From the NCBI GenBank assembly GCA_019634165.1, contig JAHQVT010000012.1, forward strand, positions 117,528 to 181,527: a stretch of 64,000 nucleotides of DNA. Reading direction: 5' to 3'. Under the pieces are notes generated by a model. It searched no databases. It was not told the origin of the DNA and saw only the letters and a program-made list of their open reading frames with translations. Origin of the DNA: Rhodospirillales bacterium (GTDB lineage: Bacteria > Pseudomonadota > Alphaproteobacteria > Rhodospirillales > Thalassospiraceae). Position 1 is the stretch's first letter. Each line of letters opens with the position of its first letter. A program made the translations under genes and the position numbers. This document shows, piece after piece, positions 60,110 to 64,000 of the stretch.

Positions 60110-60373
60110 CGAAGCCGTTTGCGAATAGGCAACAGGGGCGATGATAGAGGCGGTTGGGGCAATGCTGCGATCGACTTAATTCGCTGAAAACCCTTGATGG
60201 CTATTCTGTGGGAAGAAACAGAGAAGTTCACATTCACCAAGTTCCATAGCGCAGGTTTTTCCTGATCCGTCATCACCGGTCACAAAACCGCAAGGTTGCG
60301 GAACATAAAGGCGGGTCTATATCTGGGTAAGCCACATATGGACGCGGTTTGGAATCAGGACTATAAGGCGGTT

Positions 60374-61219
60374 ATGAACGGTATTCCTTTTGTCAAAATG
60401 CATGGTCTGGGAAATGATTTCGTTGTCTTTGACGGACGACGCGATCCTGCTGTGCTTGATCTTGATAACGCAACCGCTGCTCGGATTGCAGATCGCAAGA
60501 CCGGCGTTGGCTGCGATCAGTTGATTGTAATTGAACCTGCCCGCGAAGATTTGGCCGATGCCTTTATGCGCATCCGCAACAATGACGGTGGCGAGGTTGA
60601 AGCATGTGGCAATGCCGCACGTTGTGTCGCCAATATTGTCATGGGCGAATTGGGCCGCAAAGACGTCATCATTGAAACCGTGGTTGGACTTTTGGATGCC
60701 AATGGGCTTGCCGACGGTCGGGTGAGCGTCGATATGGGGCAGATCAAGCTTGACTGGCGTGATATCCCGCTATCCCAGGCGGTTGATACCAATCATATTC
60801 CGCTGTCTCTTGGTCCGCTTTCCGATGCGGTGGGTGTCAATGTCGGCAATCCGCACGCGGTATTTTTTGTCGATGATGCCGAGGCTATTGATATCGAAAA
60901 GCTTGGACCGGTTCTTGAACATCATGAAATGTTCCCGGAACGCGCCAATATTGAAGTTTGCAGCATTGTCTGCGAAAACCAGATCAGGATGCGCGTGTGG
61001 GAACGCGGTGTTGGGGTAACCCGTGCCTGTGGCACAGGTGCCTGTGCGGTTGGGGTCGCAGCAGCACGCCGTGGCCTGACAGATCGTAAAACCGAAATCA
61101 TTCTTGATGGTGGCAAACTGACCATCGAATGGTTGGCGGATGATCATGTTTTGATGACCGGGCCGGTGGCGACAAGCTTCCAAGGCTTTTTGCATTCATC
61201 CCTTTTGGGATCGCATTGA
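60374..61219 (+). CDS. dapF: Diaminopimelate epimerase
   Basis: FVKMHGLGNDF, EACGNAARC, VNVGNPH, ERGVGVTRACGTGAC. Confidence 0.97.
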   Translation: MNGIPFVKMHGLGNDFVVFDGRRDPAVLDLDNATAARIADRKTGVGCDQLIVIEPAREDLADAFMRIRNNDGGEVEACGNAARCVANIVMGELGRKDVIIETVVGLLDANGLADGRVSVDMGQIKLDWRDIPLSQAVDTNHIPLSLGPLSDAVGVNVGNPHAVFFVDDAEAIDIEKLGPVLEHHEMFPERANIEVCSIVCENQIRMRVWERGVGVTRACGTGACAVGVAAARRGLTDRKTEIILDGGKLTIEWLADDHVLMTGPVATSFQGFLHSSLLGSH

Positions 61220-61234
61220 TAAGATTTTGAATTT

Positions 61235-61268
61235 CGGCCAGCACAAAGCGTGACTGGCCGTTATTTTT
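61235..61268 (+). terminator. Terminator after dapF
   Basis: CGGCCAG...CTGGCCG plus TTATTTTT. Confidence 0.65.
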
Positions 61269-61420
61269 ACAAATACCTTTTGCAGGTATTCTTACGGACC
61301 CCATCTGGCCTTGCGTCGATCGCACTGATCGGGCAAAACAAGGCGCATCAGGATTTGGTTCGATCCATGTCGGGACATCCCCCTCCCGTCTTTTGTAAAA
61401 CTCAAAAGCAGGTTCAGATA

Positions 61421-62617
61421 ATGGCTGACTTTAATACGCTTGACGGTGTCAATGTCGCTGGCAAGCGCGTTTTGCTGCGCGCTGATCTTAACGTTCCGAT
61501 GAAGGATGGTGTTGTTGGCGATACAACACGTATTGAACGGACTGTCCCCGGATTGATCGAACTGGCTGATGCCGGTGCGAAATTGGTTGTGATCACCCAT
61601 TTTGGCCGCCCAAAAGGCCAACGTGTTGCGGAAATGACCTTAAAGCCGGTTGCAGAAGCACTTGCCAAACAGCTTGGCCGGCCAGTGAAGTTTGCCGATG
61701 ACTGCATTGGGGCAAAAGCAGCCGATGTGGTGAACAGCCTTGAGAACGGCGAGATTGTGCTTTTGGAAAACCTGCGCTATCACGGAGAAGAAGAAAAAAA
61801 CGATCCGGCATTTGTCGCCGAATTGGCCAAACTTGGCGATATTTTCGTCAATGACGCCTTTTCCTGTGCGCATCGTGCCCACGCATCGACCGAAGGTTTA
61901 GCACGCGCACTTCCGGCCTATGCCGGACGTTTGATGCAGGCTGAACTTGAAGCACTTGGCAATGCGCTTGAAGCACCAAAACACCCGGTGATGGCGATCG
62001 TTGGTGGGGCAAAAATTTCGACCAAGCTTGATCTTTTGGGCAATTTGGTCGCCAAGGTTGATCAGCTTGTCATTGGCGGTGGTATGGCCAATACGTTCCT
62101 TGCGGCCAAAGGTGTCAATGTTGGCAAATCTCTTTGCGAGCATGATTTGCTTGCAACCGCACGCGAGATTTTCACCAAGGCCGAAGCTGCCAATTGCGAA
62201 ATCGTTTTGCCGGTAGATGGATTGGTTGCCAAAGAATTTGCTGCAAATGCGCCGCATGATATTTCAGACATCAATGACGTGGCAGCGGATGGCATGATCC
62301 TTGATGCCGGTCCAAAAACCATCAAAGACCTTAATAAACGTTTGGAGACCTGTGAAACGTTGGTTTGGAACGGACCGCTTGGTGCGTTTGAAATCGCCCC
62401 GTTTGACACCGCGACGGTTTCAGTTGCCCAACATGCCGCCAAATTGACCAAGGAAGGAAAGCTTCTTTCGGTTGCCGGTGGTGGTGACACGGTCGCAGCA
62501 CTGCGACATGCAGATTCCGATCAGGCATTTTCATATGTCTCGACCGCAGGTGGGGCTTTCCTTGAATGGCTTGAAGGCAAAACCCTTCCGGGTGTTGCAG
62601 CCCTTTGCGCCAAATAA
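61421..62617 (+). CDS. pgk: Phosphoglycerate kinase
   Basis: [48 protein letters not shown]; start re-called to ATG 61421. Confidence 0.98.
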   Translation: MADFNTLDGVNVAGKRVLLRADLNVPMKDGVVGDTTRIERTVPGLIELADAGAKLVVITHFGRPKGQRVAEMTLKPVAEALAKQLGRPVKFADDCIGAKAADVVNSLENGEIVLLENLRYHGEEEKNDPAFVAELAKLGDIFVNDAFSCAHRAHASTEGLARALPAYAGRLMQAELEALGNALEAPKHPVMAIVGGAKISTKLDLLGNLVAKVDQLVIGGGMANTFLAAKGVNVGKSLCEHDLLATAREIFTKAEAANCEIVLPVDGLVAKEFAANAPHDISDINDVAADGMILDAGPKTIKDLNKRLETCETLVWNGPLGAFEIAPFDTATVSVAQHAAKLTKEGKLLSVAGGGDTVAALRHADSDQAFSYVSTAGGAFLEWLEGKTLPGVAALCAK

Positions 62618-62655
62618 GCAGATTTAAAAATTCGGGTATCAATACCCAAAATGAC

Positions 62656-62686
62656 AAACCCCGCCAGTTTGGCGGGGTTTTCTTTT
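62656..62686. terminator. Bidirectional terminator between pgk and the synthase gene
   Basis: AAACCCCGCCA-GTT-TGGCGGGGTTT plus T tract. Confidence 0.85.
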
Positions 62687-62718
62687 GCAGGGGTTTGGTC
62701 GGGTCCGCCCGGCGGTGA

Positions 62719-63708
62719 CTATTCGTCTTCCTTGACGTCCGGTAGGCTGTTTTGTGCGGTGGTCTGCATAATATTGTCGCGGTCTTTCAGGAAGCTGGCA
62801 TAGCCATTTTCCATCATCGAACCACCCAGTTCGATATAGACCGTAAACAAGCGCGAAAGCGTATCGGCCTCGTCGGTATCAAGAACGGATAGGAGTTCAC
62901 CCGATCGGGCCTGACCCGTTTCAAAATGTTCCCACGCGCGCTCAAGCAGGATTCCGCCAAGATAATCAAGATCGCCATATTTCCCCTGACCAATCGCATT
63001 GCGAACTTCGCCAAGGGTAATATCGGCGGCAATTAGCATTTCTGATGGAATGGTCACAAGGCGGTCGGGGCCTTTGATGTCTTCGGGAAGATCGCGCAGG
63101 ATATGGATGATGTAACAGAAAATCGCCATATCGCGTGCATGATAGATCGGCGGATTGGTCAGTGGGGATGTATAGCCAATCTCCGGATCGTATCGGGCAG
63201 ACAGCAAATAGACAAAAATCGATGCCGGGGCAGCGGTCGCACCTTCGCAGTAAGCGATGAAGTCATCCCATTCATCCATGGGTTCTTCGGCGACATCATG
63301 ATGAAGCGCGTCGGCCAGTTCGATCCATGGTTCAGGTGTTAGGTCGCTGCGGCCAAGGGTTGCGCGCAGGGCTTCGTAAACATCGTTGTTAAGCGGCCCG
63401 GATTCGGGGAACGGATTGTCGGCGTCTGCCTTGGCGGAAATAACCTGTGCCTGCCACTGATCAATCGTTTCAAGGATATTTTCACGATGGGCATCACGTT
63501 CTGCATCAGGAAGTTCAAGGAAACCGTCATCGACAATATCGTCTATGACACGCATCGAGGCGTAGCTTGCCAAAAAGAAACGTTGGCGTTCCGGTGAAAG
63601 CCGCATGGCCGCACGGTAAAGATTGGCGTTTTTGGCTGCTGCAAGTTGGTTGCAGGCGTCAAACGGTGCGCCAAGGACGGACTTTTCTGGGGGGAGCGAA
63701 TGGCTCAT
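62719..63708 (-). CDS. Squalene/phytoene synthase family protein (divergent)
   Basis: First Asp-rich motif RVIDDIVDD and second motif HILRDLPED. Confidence 0.8.
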   Translation of the reverse strand: MSHSLPPEKSVLGAPFDACNQLAAAKNANLYRAAMRLSPERQRFFLASYASMRVIDDIVDDGFLELPDAERDAHRENILETIDQWQAQVISAKADADNPFPESGPLNNDVYEALRATLGRSDLTPEPWIELADALHHDVAEEPMDEWDDFIAYCEGATAAPASIFVYLLSARYDPEIGYTSPLTNPPIYHARDMAIFCYIIHILRDLPEDIKGPDRLVTIPSEMLIAADITLGEVRNAIGQGKYGDLDYLGGILLERAWEHFETGQARSGELLSVLDTDEADTLSRLFTVYIELGGSMMENGYASFLKDRDNIMQTTAQNSLPDVKEDE

Positions 63709-63821
63709 GCGTGTCTATATGTCCCTTTGGTTTGCCTTTCAAAGAGTCATACAGGACTGCCCGCCCTGTGCAACAGCGGAATTGATTTGGGAATGATAAA
63801 TTGGCTGGCATTGGCGGTAAA

Positions 63822-63998
63822 TCAGAACTGAATGCGATAGCTTGCGGTAAGGCCAAGCATGGCATCAATGCCATCAAGAATGCCCTGATCGGGGGCGGTT
63901 GGTATTAGGTTGTGTGACACACTGCCGTGCAAGCCAATCCAGATGTCTTCAAGGGGCATGTAAGATAGCGATGCCGCAAGGCCAGCGTCGTTAAACAG
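63822..63998 (-). CDS. 3' end of a gene truncated by the window edge, probable outer-membrane beta-barrel protein
   Basis: Manual translation ...IWIGLHGSVSHNL...MLGLTASYRIQF*, with alternating beta strands and a terminal Phe. Confidence 0.6.
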   Translation of the reverse strand: MFNDAGLAASLSYMPLEDIWIGLHGSVSHNLIPTAPDQGILDGIDAMLGLTASYRIQF

Positions 63999-64000
63999 GA

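Noticed and set aside
1-64000. tRNA, rRNA, CRISPR arrays and IS elements
   Set aside because: None recognised by eye; no regularly spaced repeats, T-loop motifs or transposase ORFs

Overview
64-kb chromosomal segment of a marine alphaproteobacterium, most likely Thalassospira-like Rhodospirillales (inferred from gene content and ~53% GC). Mostly core and metabolic genes: a Pot-type ABC importer with a ureohydrolase and an amidase, an MCP, a tripartite RND pump, alkB/tag/ycaQ repair genes, yggT-DUF167-folD, a Smo-type polyol ABC operon, asd, cfa, a CMD-ECF41 pair, leuC/leuD/leuB, ffh-rpsP-rimM-trmD-rplS, panBC, an FNR-boxed ccoNOQP-ccoGHIS-fnr cluster, dapF, pgk and a divergent squalene/phytoene-synthase-like gene. 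The most notable part is 19.7-27 kb. A complete nickel-pincer cofactor cassette (larA-larC-larE-larB) lies between the intact 3' end of an SLC13 permease gene and a decayed same-orientation copy of that 3' end (48/59 nt identical, 21-nt perfect core, 4389 bp apart). Next to it is an AT-rich orphan gene with possible nuclease-like motifs. I found no tRNA, rRNA, CRISPR array, integrase or transposase. Product calls rest on motif recognition and recalled family sequences; no database search was run.
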